Source: an uncultured Anaerolineaceae bacterium | GTDB taxonomy: Bacteria > Chloroflexota > Anaerolineae > Anaerolineales > UBA4823 | Length of the DNA stretch: 64,000 nucleotides | Assembly: GCA_964391195.1 (NCBI GenBank) | Contig: CAYMLG010000008.1 | Span: 51,801-115,800, forward strand | Direction of reading: 5' to 3' | Shown: in pieces, positions 9,755 through 18,385 of the stretch | How positions within the stretch are numbered: position 1 is the stretch's first letter | How the letters are laid out: every line of letters starts with the position of its first letter | Program-made: the position numbers and the translations under genes | Notes under the pieces: model-generated | What the model saw: only the letters and a program-made list of their open reading frames with translations | Databases searched by the model: none | What the model was told of the DNA's origin: nothing

Positions 9755-10816
9755 ATGTCCGCAAAAGAATTGGAAAAGCTGCTAACCCGCGCCTGGGAAT
9801 ACAGGCAGGGACTGCCCGAGGCGGGCGATGATCGTACAGCCCTGCGCCTGTTCAACGGCTTCTGGGAAGGCTGGCCGGATCTGGCCGTGGATCTGTACGG
9901 TGGCACCCTCGTCATTCATGGCTATGCGCAAGACGCCGGACAAAACCAGCTCGCAGCACACACCGCTCTCGCCTATTATCGCTCCGCTCTCCCCGGCCGG
10001 GTGCGCTGTGCCCTCTTGAAAGACCGCGGGGCACAGACCCAAATGCAGCGCCAGGGACTGCTGCTTGCCGGAGAACAGCCGGATAATCAAGTGCTCGAAG
10101 GCAACCTCTGGTACGCCCTCGACCTGCGGTTGCACCAGGATGCTTCTCTCTATCTGGACACCCGAATGCTGCGCGGCTGGGCGAGCGAGCACATGGAAGG
10201 AAAGCGGGCGCTCAACCTGTTCGCCTATACCGGGAGCCTCGGCGCTGCCGCTCTGGCAGGCGGGGCCCGGCAGGTAATCCAGTCTGACCTCTCGTCCGAG
10301 TTCCTCTCTCTGGCCCAGCGGACCTACCGGCTGAATGGCTGGCCGGTCCGCCGAGGAGAGTTCATTGTTGGCGATTTCTTTTCCGTCGTCGCCCGCCTCA
10401 AGCGCCAGGGAGAGCTGTTCGACTGCGCATTCCTCGACCCGCCCATCTTCTCGGTGACGGAGAAGGGGCGGGTCGATCTCAACCAGGCGGCCGGCCGGCT
10501 GATCAACAAAGTTCGCCCGCTCATCGGCGATGGCGGCCGGCTGGTGGCGGTGAACAACGCCGTGTACGTATCCGGCCGCGCTTATCTAGAGACACTCGAA
10601 AAGTTGAGCGCCAGCGGCTACATCGAATTGGAAGAGATCCTCCCCGCTCCACCCGATTTCACCGGCTTCAACCAGGGGCCGCTCACACCCCTGCCCGCCG
10701 ATCCCCAGCCGTTCAATTACTCCACCAAGATCGCCGTCCTGCGTGTCCGGCGCAAGGACGGGCGCAGGGCAGTCGCTCCTCAAACACGGCCAGGAGAAAA
10801 ATCGCTGCGGGAATAG
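9755..10816 (+). CDS. Class I SAM-dependent methyltransferase (RlmI/RlmK-like)
   Basis: 353 aa with SAM-binding motif I NLFAYTGSLGAAALAGG and motif IV FLDPPIF. Confidence 0.75.
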   Translation: MSAKELEKLLTRAWEYRQGLPEAGDDRTALRLFNGFWEGWPDLAVDLYGGTLVIHGYAQDAGQNQLAAHTALAYYRSALPGRVRCALLKDRGAQTQMQRQGLLLAGEQPDNQVLEGNLWYALDLRLHQDASLYLDTRMLRGWASEHMEGKRALNLFAYTGSLGAAALAGGARQVIQSDLSSEFLSLAQRTYRLNGWPVRRGEFIVGDFFSVVARLKRQGELFDCAFLDPPIFSVTEKGRVDLNQAAGRLINKVRPLIGDGGRLVAVNNAVYVSGRAYLETLEKLSASGYIELEEILPAPPDFTGFNQGPLTPLPADPQPFNYSTKIAVLRVRRKDGRRAVAPQTRPGEKSLRE

Positions 10817-11063
10817 AAATGAAAATGTAATGGTTTTTCCTGACAGGGTTTCCGCTTTCGCCTACAGACAAATTATGCCCCAGCCTGTATACTTAGAAGA
10901 TAGACTTAGTAAGTAAAATTCTGGTAAAAAATGCTCTCATCTGCTTGTTTAAAACTTTGAGACATTTATCAACTCAATTTCGGTCCTATTAACGTAATCC
11001 GTCACCTACTAAGAACACGCAACCCTGATTTCATCGAACCATTCTATTTTCAGGAGCACCGGG

Positions 11064-11696
11064 ATGCACACCATACAGGTCATGCTCGTAGATGACCACC
11101 CCATATTCCGTTCTGGAATCCGTTATTTCCTGGAACAAGAACCCGACATCAGAGTCCTGGCCGAGGCGGGGAATGGTATCGAAGCCCTCGAAGTCCTGGC
11201 CACCCATTACCCAGATGTCCTGCTGGTCGATCTGCGCATGCCGAAGATGAACGGTGTGGCGCTGATAAAGGAGATCCGTCTCAGGCAAATCCAGACTCGG
11301 GTCATCATCCTCAGCGGATACTACCAGATGGAAGATATTCACGATCTATTCTCCGCCGGGATCCACGGCTACCTGCTCAAAGACGAACTGCCCGAGATGA
11401 TTATCGAAGCCATTCGGGGCGTGGCTCACGGCCAGAGTGGTTGGGTGAGCCGCAAGATTGCTTCCGCCATTTCGGCCACCTTCCGCACCAAACCCAAGAC
11501 GGCGCTGTCGCTCACGCGGCGGGAGGAACAGGTGCTGCGGGCTGTGACCGAAGGCAAAACCAACACTGAGATCGCCTATAACTTGAGCATCAGCGAGAAA
11601 ACTGTCGAAAAACACCTGCAGGGGATCTTGAGCAAGCTCGGCGTAGAAAACCGGGTCGAAGCAGCCGTGTTCGCCATTCGCCAAAACATCCTGTGA
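11064..11696 (+). CDS. NarL/LuxR-family response regulator (no adjacent kinase)
   Basis: REC domain (VMLVDDHP, DVLLVDLRMPKMNG) plus LuxR HTH (LTRREEQVLRAVTEGKTNTEIAYNLSISEKTVEKHL). Preceded by a 250-bp AT-rich intergenic region. Confidence 0.9.
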   Translation: MHTIQVMLVDDHPIFRSGIRYFLEQEPDIRVLAEAGNGIEALEVLATHYPDVLLVDLRMPKMNGVALIKEIRLRQIQTRVIILSGYYQMEDIHDLFSAGIHGYLLKDELPEMIIEAIRGVAHGQSGWVSRKIASAISATFRTKPKTALSLTRREEQVLRAVTEGKTNTEIAYNLSISEKTVEKHLQGILSKLGVENRVEAAVFAIRQNIL

Positions 11697-11710
11697 TTCC
11701 CACAGGGACA

Positions 11711-11764
11711 AATCCGGGGGTGGCGGAGAGGTCTGATCTCTCTCCCACCCCCGGATTTTATTTA
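11711..11764 (+). terminator. Rho-independent terminator
   Basis: AATCCGGGGGTGG (11711-11723) pairs with CCACCCCCGGATT (11745-11757) and is followed by TTTATTT. It starts 15 nt after the regulator stop. Confidence 0.7.
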
Positions 11765-11961
11765 ACCAAATATTCGACCACTTATCCGATAGACTATACC
11801 CTTCTTTGCAATCCAGGGTACAATACCTTCCATGGGGGAACGATTTTGAGGGTCACTGTAACCGGAAAGAAGCAAGTACGTTAGTTACTACAGGAAGCTT
11901 GCGTTGGTGCTTCGCCAGTTTCTTCCCTGGCGGCTACTTACCGGTTTTGAGATAGGGTGGA

Positions 11962-13425
11962 TTGATTGGAATGAGGCCGAAGGCTGTTTTCTTCTATGCC
12001 CTCCTTGGTATCGTCTTTTTGCTAACACTGACTGCAATAGGGATCATCACCGGGCAGATGCTCCCCCGTTCTGATTCCCTTCAAGTTTTGAGGAGCCAAT
12101 CCGAGGCCAGCCCCTCCTCCGGGACGGCGGGCGAAGCATCTCATGCCATAGACGAGGAGGCGACCCCCTCGGCGACGAGCACCGCCGTTCCGCTGTACCT
12201 GGCCGATACGGGGCTGGATGTCGACTGCACCTATACCTTTCTCTATTGGCGCGAACACCCCGAATCGTGGCTGGTGGACAACATCCTCGTTGGCGAAGCC
12301 GTGTACGATAAAGCGCAGATCCAGGCCTATTTTTCGGGTGAGAGCCAGGACCCCCAGGTGCTTCTCCACCAGCAGTTTTTCGCCGCCATCCTGAACACCA
12401 TCAAAGGGGCGGATGCCAGGCAGGTGGAAACAATCCTGCAAGCCGCATCCACCTACATTTTCGCCCACCACCGGGACCGGGAGATCACCGCTGAGGAGGA
12501 TCAGCAGGCCATCAAGCTGGCCCTGGCCCTCCAGGAGTACAACCTCGGCAACAGCGGCCCAGGGAGCTGCGCCGACCAGCCGGATAACCTGATCCTGGTG
12601 GCTGCCCCTACCGCGGGGGCGCCCACCGCTACCCAGTTGGTCACCAGCATCCTGGTCAACCTGGTCACGCCCACCCCTTCGGTCACCCCAATTCGGGTCA
12701 CCGCCACCCGCCAGGCTCCGCAATCTACGGCCGGGCCGACCGGAATCCCCCTTCAGCCAACGGACACGGCTCAGAACACCCCATCCCCGAGCGCCACCGC
12801 CTCTGGCACGAGCACGTTGTCTCCCGCGCCTCCCACCGCCTCCCAAACCCTGACCCCGGCCCCCAGTTCTTCACCCACCTCCACGACCAACCCCACGCCG
12901 CCAAACACCGCCACGATCCAGCCGACCAACGTTCCCAGCCCGACCAGCTCCGCCACCAGCCAGCCAACCGCGACGCCCCAGCCGACGAGCACCAGCACGA
13001 AACGACCGACGAATACCCCCCGGCCCAGCAATACGCCGCATCCAACAAAGACCTCGCCTCCCACCGACAGCCCGGAGCCCACCAACACCAGACGACCGAC
13101 AAACACCCCTCGGCCGAGCAACACGCCCCTTCCCACGAATACCCCGGTCCCACCCACGACCATTCCGCCAAGCAGTACGCCCTTGCCGCCCACCGATACG
13201 CCTCTCCCGCCCACCGATACCCCCATGCCCACCAGCACGCCCGAACCGCCCACTACAACGTCGGAGCCACCCACTTCAACACCAGAACCTCCCACGAGTA
13301 CGCCGGAGCCGCCCACCAGCACCCCCGAACCACCCACCAGTACCCCCGAACCGCCCACAGCCACACCCATCATCATCATAATCATCACAGTGGTCGTGCC
13401 CATCTTACCGCCGATGCTGCCTTGA
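11962..13425 (+). CDS. Membrane-anchored protein with a globular N-terminal domain and a long Pro/Thr/Ser-rich repeat region
   Basis: 487 aa. N-terminal TM helix, then a 200-aa domain (DVDCTYTFLYWREHPESW ... FFAAILNTIKGAD), then a 240-aa P/T/S low-complexity region ending in six PEPPTST heptads and a hydrophobic tail (IIIIITVVVPILPPMLP). Confidence 0.7.
   Translation: MIGMRPKAVFFYALLGIVFLLTLTAIGIITGQMLPRSDSLQVLRSQSEASPSSGTAGEASHAIDEEATPSATSTAVPLYLADTGLDVDCTYTFLYWREHPESWLVDNILVGEAVYDKAQIQAYFSGESQDPQVLLHQQFFAAILNTIKGADARQVETILQAASTYIFAHHRDREITAEEDQQAIKLALALQEYNLGNSGPGSCADQPDNLILVAAPTAGAPTATQLVTSILVNLVTPTPSVTPIRVTATRQAPQSTAGPTGIPLQPTDTAQNTPSPSATASGTSTLSPAPPTASQTLTPAPSSSPTSTTNPTPPNTATIQPTNVPSPTSSATSQPTATPQPTSTSTKRPTNTPRPSNTPHPTKTSPPTDSPEPTNTRRPTNTPRPSNTPLPTNTPVPPTTIPPSSTPLPPTDTPLPPTDTPMPTSTPEPPTTTSEPPTSTPEPPTSTPEPPTSTPEPPTSTPEPPTATPIIIIIITVVVPILPPMLP
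13243..13368 (+). repeat. Six tandem 21-nt (PEPPTST heptad) coding repeats
   Basis: gaaccgcccactacaacgtcg / gagccacccacttcaacacca / gaacctcccacgagtacgccg / gagccgcccaccagcaccccc / gaaccacccaccagtaccccc / gaaccgcccacagccacaccc. The copies differ mainly at synonymous positions. Confidence 0.85.
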
Positions 13426-13446
13426 GAGGAGTGGCTAGCGTAAGAC

Positions 13447-13476
13447 ACGGGTCCTGGCAGCGCTGCCAGGACCCGT
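13447..13476. terminator. Bidirectional terminator hairpin between convergent genes
   Basis: ACGGGTCCTGGCAG-cg-CTGCCAGGACCCGT is a perfect 14-bp stem, followed by TATTATTTGATTT on the plus strand. Confidence 0.7.
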
Positions 13477-13501
13477 TATTATTTGATTTAGCCGCTTGGC
13501 T

Positions 13502-15706
13502 TCAGTTCGGGATTGGGAGGACCTTGAGGGGGTTCAGGTAGCCGCCGGGCACGCGCACTTCGAAGTGCAGGTGTGGGCCGCCGGAGTTGCCGGTGTTGCC
13601 CGACAGGCCGATCAGATCACCGGCCTGCACTTTCGCCCCGCAGTGTTTGCTCACCTGGCTGAGATGGGCGTACAGGGTGATAAATCCGTTGCCGTGATCG
13701 ATGACAATGGCGTTGCCGTAGCCAATCGCGCCCGACCAGCCGGCGAACACCACCTGGCCGGTGTCCGCAGCATAGACCGCGGTCCCTTGGGGGGCGGAGA
13801 GGTCGAGTCCGGGGTGCCCTTCGCGGAAATCTCCGCCGGACAAAGCCTGGTAGACGCTGGGCCAGACGAACTGGCCGGTCCCCACCGGGCCATCCTTGAT
13901 CCCAGGGCAGCTCTGCCGGGCCACTTCGGTGAAGTCGACTTTCCCCGGATCGTAGGGGATATCTGGGAGGGGGACCCCACCTTCCTCCGCGGGAGGCGGT
14001 TCCTGTTCGTCCGGGCTTGGCGCCGGGGTGGGCGTTGGTTCCAGCACAGCGGTGGGAGTTGGGCCAGGCGGCGAGTCTTCGGGCCTTTCCTCCGGGGCCG
14101 CCTGCGCTGGCTGGAGCAGGGCAGCCTGTGCGAGTTGGGCGAAAATGGGGGCAGCCACCTGCGAGCCTTCTCCGGAATGTTCAACCAGCACCGCGATCAC
14201 CACACTGCGACCATCCGCCTCGGCGAAGCCGGTGAACCACGCGTGGGGGAGCCGGTCCCCACCGACCTGAGCTGTGCCGGTCTTCCCTCCCACGACCAAC
14301 CCAGGGACCTGGGCCTTGCGGCCGCTGCCCTGCTCGACCACGGCAATCATCATCTCGCGGACCAGGCTGGCCGTCTCCGGTTTCATCACCCCCGGCACAA
14401 CCTGCTCGACCAACGGCCCGGGCGAGACCTCCCCGGAAGGGTGGCGAATTTCTGCTACCAGGTGAGGGGTGGGCATATCACCCCGGTTGAGGACGGCCAA
14501 CACCAGGCGGGCCATATCCAGCGGGGTGACCAGCAGTTCTCCCTGCCCAATGCCGGTTGCCGCGCGCAGCAGCCGGCTCTCATACAGGCGATCCACCTCG
14601 GCCGCCACCTGGGAGGATAGAGCCGGGAGCTCGACCGGAAAACGCTCCCGGTCCGGGGCGTGCAGGCCCAGGCGGGTGGCATACTCGATCAGCACCTCGG
14701 GCGGCAGTTCATCCGCAATGCGGGCGAAGGCTGCGTTGGCCGACTTGGCATAAGACAGTTCCAGGGAAAGTTGCGCCTCGCGGTGGTTCGGGTCGGGGAT
14801 CACCCCACCCTCCACCTCGTAGACGTAGTATGGGCCGTCCGGTCCCTGGCGCGGCTCGCCGAAATCGAAGACCCGCTCCGGAGCCAGGCGGCCGGAATCC
14901 AGGCCGGCGATCAGGGTGACGGTCTTCCAGGTGGACCCGGGGGTGTATAGGGCCTGTACCGCCCGGTTCAGGAAGGGTGCCGCGCAGGCAGCTTCGTCAC
15001 ACTCAGAGGTGAGCTCTTCTACGTAACCCGGCTCGAGGATACGGTTTGGATCGAAACGCGGCAGGCTGGCCATGGCCAGCACTGCCCCGGACTCTCCATC
15101 GAGGATGACCACCGTCCCCGAGTGGCCGGCGAGGGCCTCCTCGGCTGCCTGCTGCAGACCGCTGTCGAGGGTGAGCACCAGGTCGGACCCGGTGACCGGC
15201 TCTTTAACCATGCGGCTGATTTGGGCGTCCAGGCGGTTGAGGCCGAGCAGCGTCTCGTTATAGGTGTATTCCAGCCCGGCGATACCGGTGCGGAGCCCGG
15301 AGACATAACCGATCACCGGGGCGAGAGAAGGCTCGTTGTAGAAACGGGTGCGGTTCCCATCCTCTTCGATGCGGTCGAAAGCGAGCAGCCGGCCGGCCCG
15401 GTCGTAGATGCTCCCCCGGGTGATCGTCCCGAGCAGGTCCACCGTGCGCTGGATCACCGGCTGGGGCAGGTCCTGCAAGCTGGTGAGGGCCGGGTCTGCG
15501 GAGATCAGCTTGATCGTTTCACCCGGGTCCTGCCGGACGCTCTTCAAGCCTCCGGCGTAACGCCCGGCAGCGACGACCGGGTCGAACAGCACCGGTGAGA
15601 GCAAATCGCCTCGCGCCATCTGCCAGTAGACCAGGCGCAGCGAGAGCAAAACCACCAGCAAGGTGAAGACGTTCCCCAGGGCCCACAGGCGCTTTTCGAA
15701 CCTCAT
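13502..15706 (-). CDS. Class B penicillin-binding protein (PBP2/PbpA-type transpeptidase) fused to a C-terminal M23/LytM peptidase domain
   Basis: Start set at MRFEKRLWAL (ATG 15706, ATGA overlap with the SEDS gene). TM anchor, then SxxK (STWK), SxN (SAN) and KTG (KTGTA) motifs. A Pro/Glu linker leads to the M23 motifs HPGLD and HLHFE with GNTGNSGGPH. Confidence 0.85.
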   Translation of the reverse strand: MRFEKRLWALGNVFTLLVVLLSLRLVYWQMARGDLLSPVLFDPVVAAGRYAGGLKSVRQDPGETIKLISADPALTSLQDLPQPVIQRTVDLLGTITRGSIYDRAGRLLAFDRIEEDGNRTRFYNEPSLAPVIGYVSGLRTGIAGLEYTYNETLLGLNRLDAQISRMVKEPVTGSDLVLTLDSGLQQAAEEALAGHSGTVVILDGESGAVLAMASLPRFDPNRILEPGYVEELTSECDEAACAAPFLNRAVQALYTPGSTWKTVTLIAGLDSGRLAPERVFDFGEPRQGPDGPYYVYEVEGGVIPDPNHREAQLSLELSYAKSANAAFARIADELPPEVLIEYATRLGLHAPDRERFPVELPALSSQVAAEVDRLYESRLLRAATGIGQGELLVTPLDMARLVLAVLNRGDMPTPHLVAEIRHPSGEVSPGPLVEQVVPGVMKPETASLVREMMIAVVEQGSGRKAQVPGLVVGGKTGTAQVGGDRLPHAWFTGFAEADGRSVVIAVLVEHSGEGSQVAAPIFAQLAQAALLQPAQAAPEERPEDSPPGPTPTAVLEPTPTPAPSPDEQEPPPAEEGGVPLPDIPYDPGKVDFTEVARQSCPGIKDGPVGTGQFVWPSVYQALSGGDFREGHPGLDLSAPQGTAVYAADTGQVVFAGWSGAIGYGNAIVIDHGNGFITLYAHLSQVSKHCGAKVQAGDLIGLSGNTGNSGGPHLHFEVRVPGGYLNPLKVLPIPN

Positions 15707-17112
15707 TCCGGCTGCCCCTCCAGGCGTTGGGCGATCGCCAGCACCAATCCGGTTTCGGCCAGGTTGACCAGCAGAGAGGTGCCGCCCAGACTGAGGAATG
15801 GGATGGTGATCCCGGTGAGAGGCAGCAGGTTGAGCGTGCCGCCGGCCATAATGAACACCTGGGTAAAAAAGTGAATGGCGATACCGGTCACCAGCAGGCG
15901 CTCGAACACCTGGGAGGCCGGCAGGAGGATCGCCACCCGGAGAATGCGCAGGAACAGCATGGCGAAAACGATCAGCACGGCGATACCGATCGCGGCCCCC
16001 ATCTCTTCTATGATCGCCGCGTAGATAAAATCCGAATGGGCCAGGGGCACATACTCCGGCGAACCAAGGCCCAGGCCGGTGCCGCTCAGCCCGCCGGCTG
16101 TGATGGCGTAGATGGCCTGTTGGATCTGGTAGCCGGGGCCTTCGGAGACGGTAATCCCCGCCGGCTGGCCGTCGATCAGGATGGGTTCCGTGCTCCACGG
16201 GTCTTGAAAAGCCAGGAAGCGGTAGCGGATAACGGTTGGGATCTCCCAGGTGAAGGCCAGCGCCAGCCCGGCGAGCAGGGCCAGCACCAGGCCGATGCTG
16301 GCGATGGTTGCGAACACCCGGGTATCGAACCCGGCGTAAAGCATGCCAACGAACAGGCAGGCCATAATCAGCACCGCGCCGAAATCTGACATCGCCACCA
16401 GGGCCAGGATGGACAGGGCGACGAAGAGCGCCCCGGGGAGGAAATAGTGCAGGCCAGGCAGCCGCAGCCAGCCGAAGAGCGGGCGCGCCCGACCTTCGGC
16501 CCGGCGGCCTTCCCGGTCAATGAACCAGGCGAGGAAGACGATCAGGGATACTTTGACGAACTCGGTGGTTTGAATGGCTGGCAAGGGGCCTAATTTCAGG
16601 GCCAGGCGAGCGCCGGTTTCGTCCACCACTCCGAACAGCGCGGTAGCAAACGGCAGCGCGAGCCCTACCAGGCTGATGGGTACCGCCCAGCGGCGCAGGG
16701 TCTCCACCAGCGGGGGGCGCTGGACCAGGACCCATATCAGGGCCATCCCGGGGAGCAAGCCGCGCAGCAATTGCTGCCAGGCGCCGCCGGCCCCCTGCAG
16801 GCGGAAGATCATCACCAGGCCGGTGGAAAAGAGCAGGGCAACCAGGGGGACCATGATCTGCTCTCCACGCATCCGGCGGAAGGACAACAGCAGGTGCAGG
16901 AGGGAGAACAGCGCGCAGACGAACAGGGGGGCAGGGAGGGCGCGCAGGGTGGCTTGCAGCGGGGCAGGGCCAGGCGATCCGCTGCCGGGGCTGCTGGCGC
17001 TCAGTTCCAGGCCGGCGGCCACCAGGGCGAAACCCATCACCGCCACGGCGAACACGATGGCCAGCAAGATGGCTTCAGAAAAACGGGGGGACAACCGGCC
17101 GGGCTTGAGCAT
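15703..17112 (-). CDS. SEDS-family peptidoglycan polymerase (FtsW/RodA)
   Basis: 469 aa and about 10 TM helices. SEDS motifs PLAHSDFIYAAIIEEMG and NLLPLTGITIPFLSLGGTSL. Confidence 0.9.
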   Translation of the reverse strand: MLKPGRLSPRFSEAILLAIVFAVAVMGFALVAAGLELSASSPGSGSPGPAPLQATLRALPAPLFVCALFSLLHLLLSFRRMRGEQIMVPLVALLFSTGLVMIFRLQGAGGAWQQLLRGLLPGMALIWVLVQRPPLVETLRRWAVPISLVGLALPFATALFGVVDETGARLALKLGPLPAIQTTEFVKVSLIVFLAWFIDREGRRAEGRARPLFGWLRLPGLHYFLPGALFVALSILALVAMSDFGAVLIMACLFVGMLYAGFDTRVFATIASIGLVLALLAGLALAFTWEIPTVIRYRFLAFQDPWSTEPILIDGQPAGITVSEGPGYQIQQAIYAITAGGLSGTGLGLGSPEYVPLAHSDFIYAAIIEEMGAAIGIAVLIVFAMLFLRILRVAILLPASQVFERLLVTGIAIHFFTQVFIMAGGTLNLLPLTGITIPFLSLGGTSLLVNLAETGLVLAIAQRLEGQPE

Positions 17113-17126
17113 TGAAAGGATCCGGT

Positions 17127-17594
17127 TCAGGCCAGGAACTCGAAGCTGGTGCCGCCAATTTCAATCACCGCTGTGGGTCGGAGAGGCGCCGCCTGGTGGG
17201 GGCGGCAAGGCGCGCCATCGACGACCGTCCCGTTGCGGCTGCCCAGATCCTCGATCCACCAGGTGAACCCATCCCACCGGATACGGGCGTGGCGGGCTGA
17301 GACGTATGGGTCCGGCAATACGATATCGTTCTCCTCACTCGCGCCCAGGCGCGTTTCCGGCTGCAGGGTCATGACCGCACCCGGGTGGAATGGCGATGAG
17401 CCGGCCGTCTTGAGTACCTTCAAGCGCCCGTGGGTCGGGGCGGCGTTGGAGCGAGCAGGCGCCGGCCCGTTCACGCGCACCGACAGTTCCCGGCGCACGG
17501 CGATGAGCACCACGAACAGCGCCAGGTAGATCAGCCCGATGAAGACCCATTTGGCTGCAAATAGAAGCGTGTTCCAGTCGAGAAAATCGATCAT
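17127..17594 (-). CDS. FHA-domain protein with N-terminal TM helix (FhaB-like)
   Basis: 155 aa. FHA core TRLGASEENDIVLPDPYVSARHARI ... SRNGTVVDG. Confidence 0.85.
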   Translation of the reverse strand: MIDFLDWNTLLFAAKWVFIGLIYLALFVVLIAVRRELSVRVNGPAPARSNAAPTHGRLKVLKTAGSSPFHPGAVMTLQPETRLGASEENDIVLPDPYVSARHARIRWDGFTWWIEDLGSRNGTVVDGAPCRPHQAAPLRPTAVIEIGGTSFEFLA

Positions 17595-18385
17595 CGGCAG
17601 TCTTGAACGAAATGGAGCAGGACGGCCCCCGGAGTGTACGGGTCAGGCGCGGTGGGATGAAGGGAGGCGAGGATAATCTGATCCCCCTCCTGCAGCGCGA
17701 TCCCCTCCGGTGGGACCCTACGGCGGTTGACGAAGGTGCCGTTCGTAGAGGACTTGCCCTCCGGCGTACCGTCGAACAGGCGGTAGTTGTCCCTCTCACA
17801 GCGCAAATAAGCGTGTCGGCCGCTTACCAGGCGCTTCTCCTGCACCAGCGGGTCCCGAAAAGAGATCTCGCAGTCTGGATCACGGCCGAGGACGAGGACT
17901 CCCGGATAGAGCCGCCAGCGCTGACCGGTGGATTCCATCTCCAGGCAGGCGGGGAGGGCGTCCGGGCGGGGAGATCCGCTTTCCTCTGCCGGCGCAAAGC
18001 GGCATAGGATGCGGGCCTGGTGGTCCTGCAAACCGGCCGCGGGCCGGACTTCCAGCTCCAGGCTTCCGGCCAGGCTGTATTCTTTGCGCCCCTGGCGGCT
18101 GTTGGCGGTGGCCAGGTGTTCGAGCATCATCTCCAACCATTGTTCGACGATGCGCCCGAGCAGCGGGGCGTAATGGGCGTGGAAGTTCTCCTGCCCCAAC
18201 TCGACCACGAACTGATTGGGGACGATCTTGCGGAAATGGACGTCCTCCAGCAGGAACTTCCGGTCGAGCAAACAGTCGCACAGCGCTTCGCCCACCTCGG
18301 CCGGGCGCAGCGGGGTCTTAAGCCAGGGGAGGCGCGGCCCCACCAGCCTGCTCTTCCAGCCCATCTCGGCCTGCAGCTCGCTCAC
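17591..18385 (-). CDS. FhaA-like protein (DUF3662-like N-terminus + C-terminal FHA domain)
   Basis: 264 aa. C-terminal FHA LVLGRDPDCEISF ... SGRHAYL ... STNGTFVN. 4-nt overlaps with both neighbours. Confidence 0.8.
   Translation of the reverse strand: MSELQAEMGWKSRLVGPRLPWLKTPLRPAEVGEALCDCLLDRKFLLEDVHFRKIVPNQFVVELGQENFHAHYAPLLGRIVEQWLEMMLEHLATANSRQGRKEYSLAGSLELEVRPAAGLQDHQARILCRFAPAEESGSPRPDALPACLEMESTGQRWRLYPGVLVLGRDPDCEISFRDPLVQEKRLVSGRHAYLRCERDNYRLFDGTPEGKSSTNGTFVNRRRVPPEGIALQEGDQIILASLHPTAPDPYTPGAVLLHFVQDCR

Noticed and set aside
10817-11063. AT-rich 250-bp island, considered as a relic of foreign DNA or a hidden small gene/ncRNA
   Set aside because: There is no repeat, hairpin, ORF with RBS or recognisable RNA motif. 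It is most simply the promoter/leader region of the orphan response regulator.
13502-16198. 898-aa ORF in the track that would extend the PBP 164 residues upstream
   Set aside because: The extra N-terminus (MEHGTHPDRRPAGGDYRLRR...) is Arg/Pro/Gly-rich and lies entirely inside the FtsW/RodA gene in another frame. MRFEKRLWAL at 15706 gives a normal TM anchor and an ATGA overlap with the SEDS stop.
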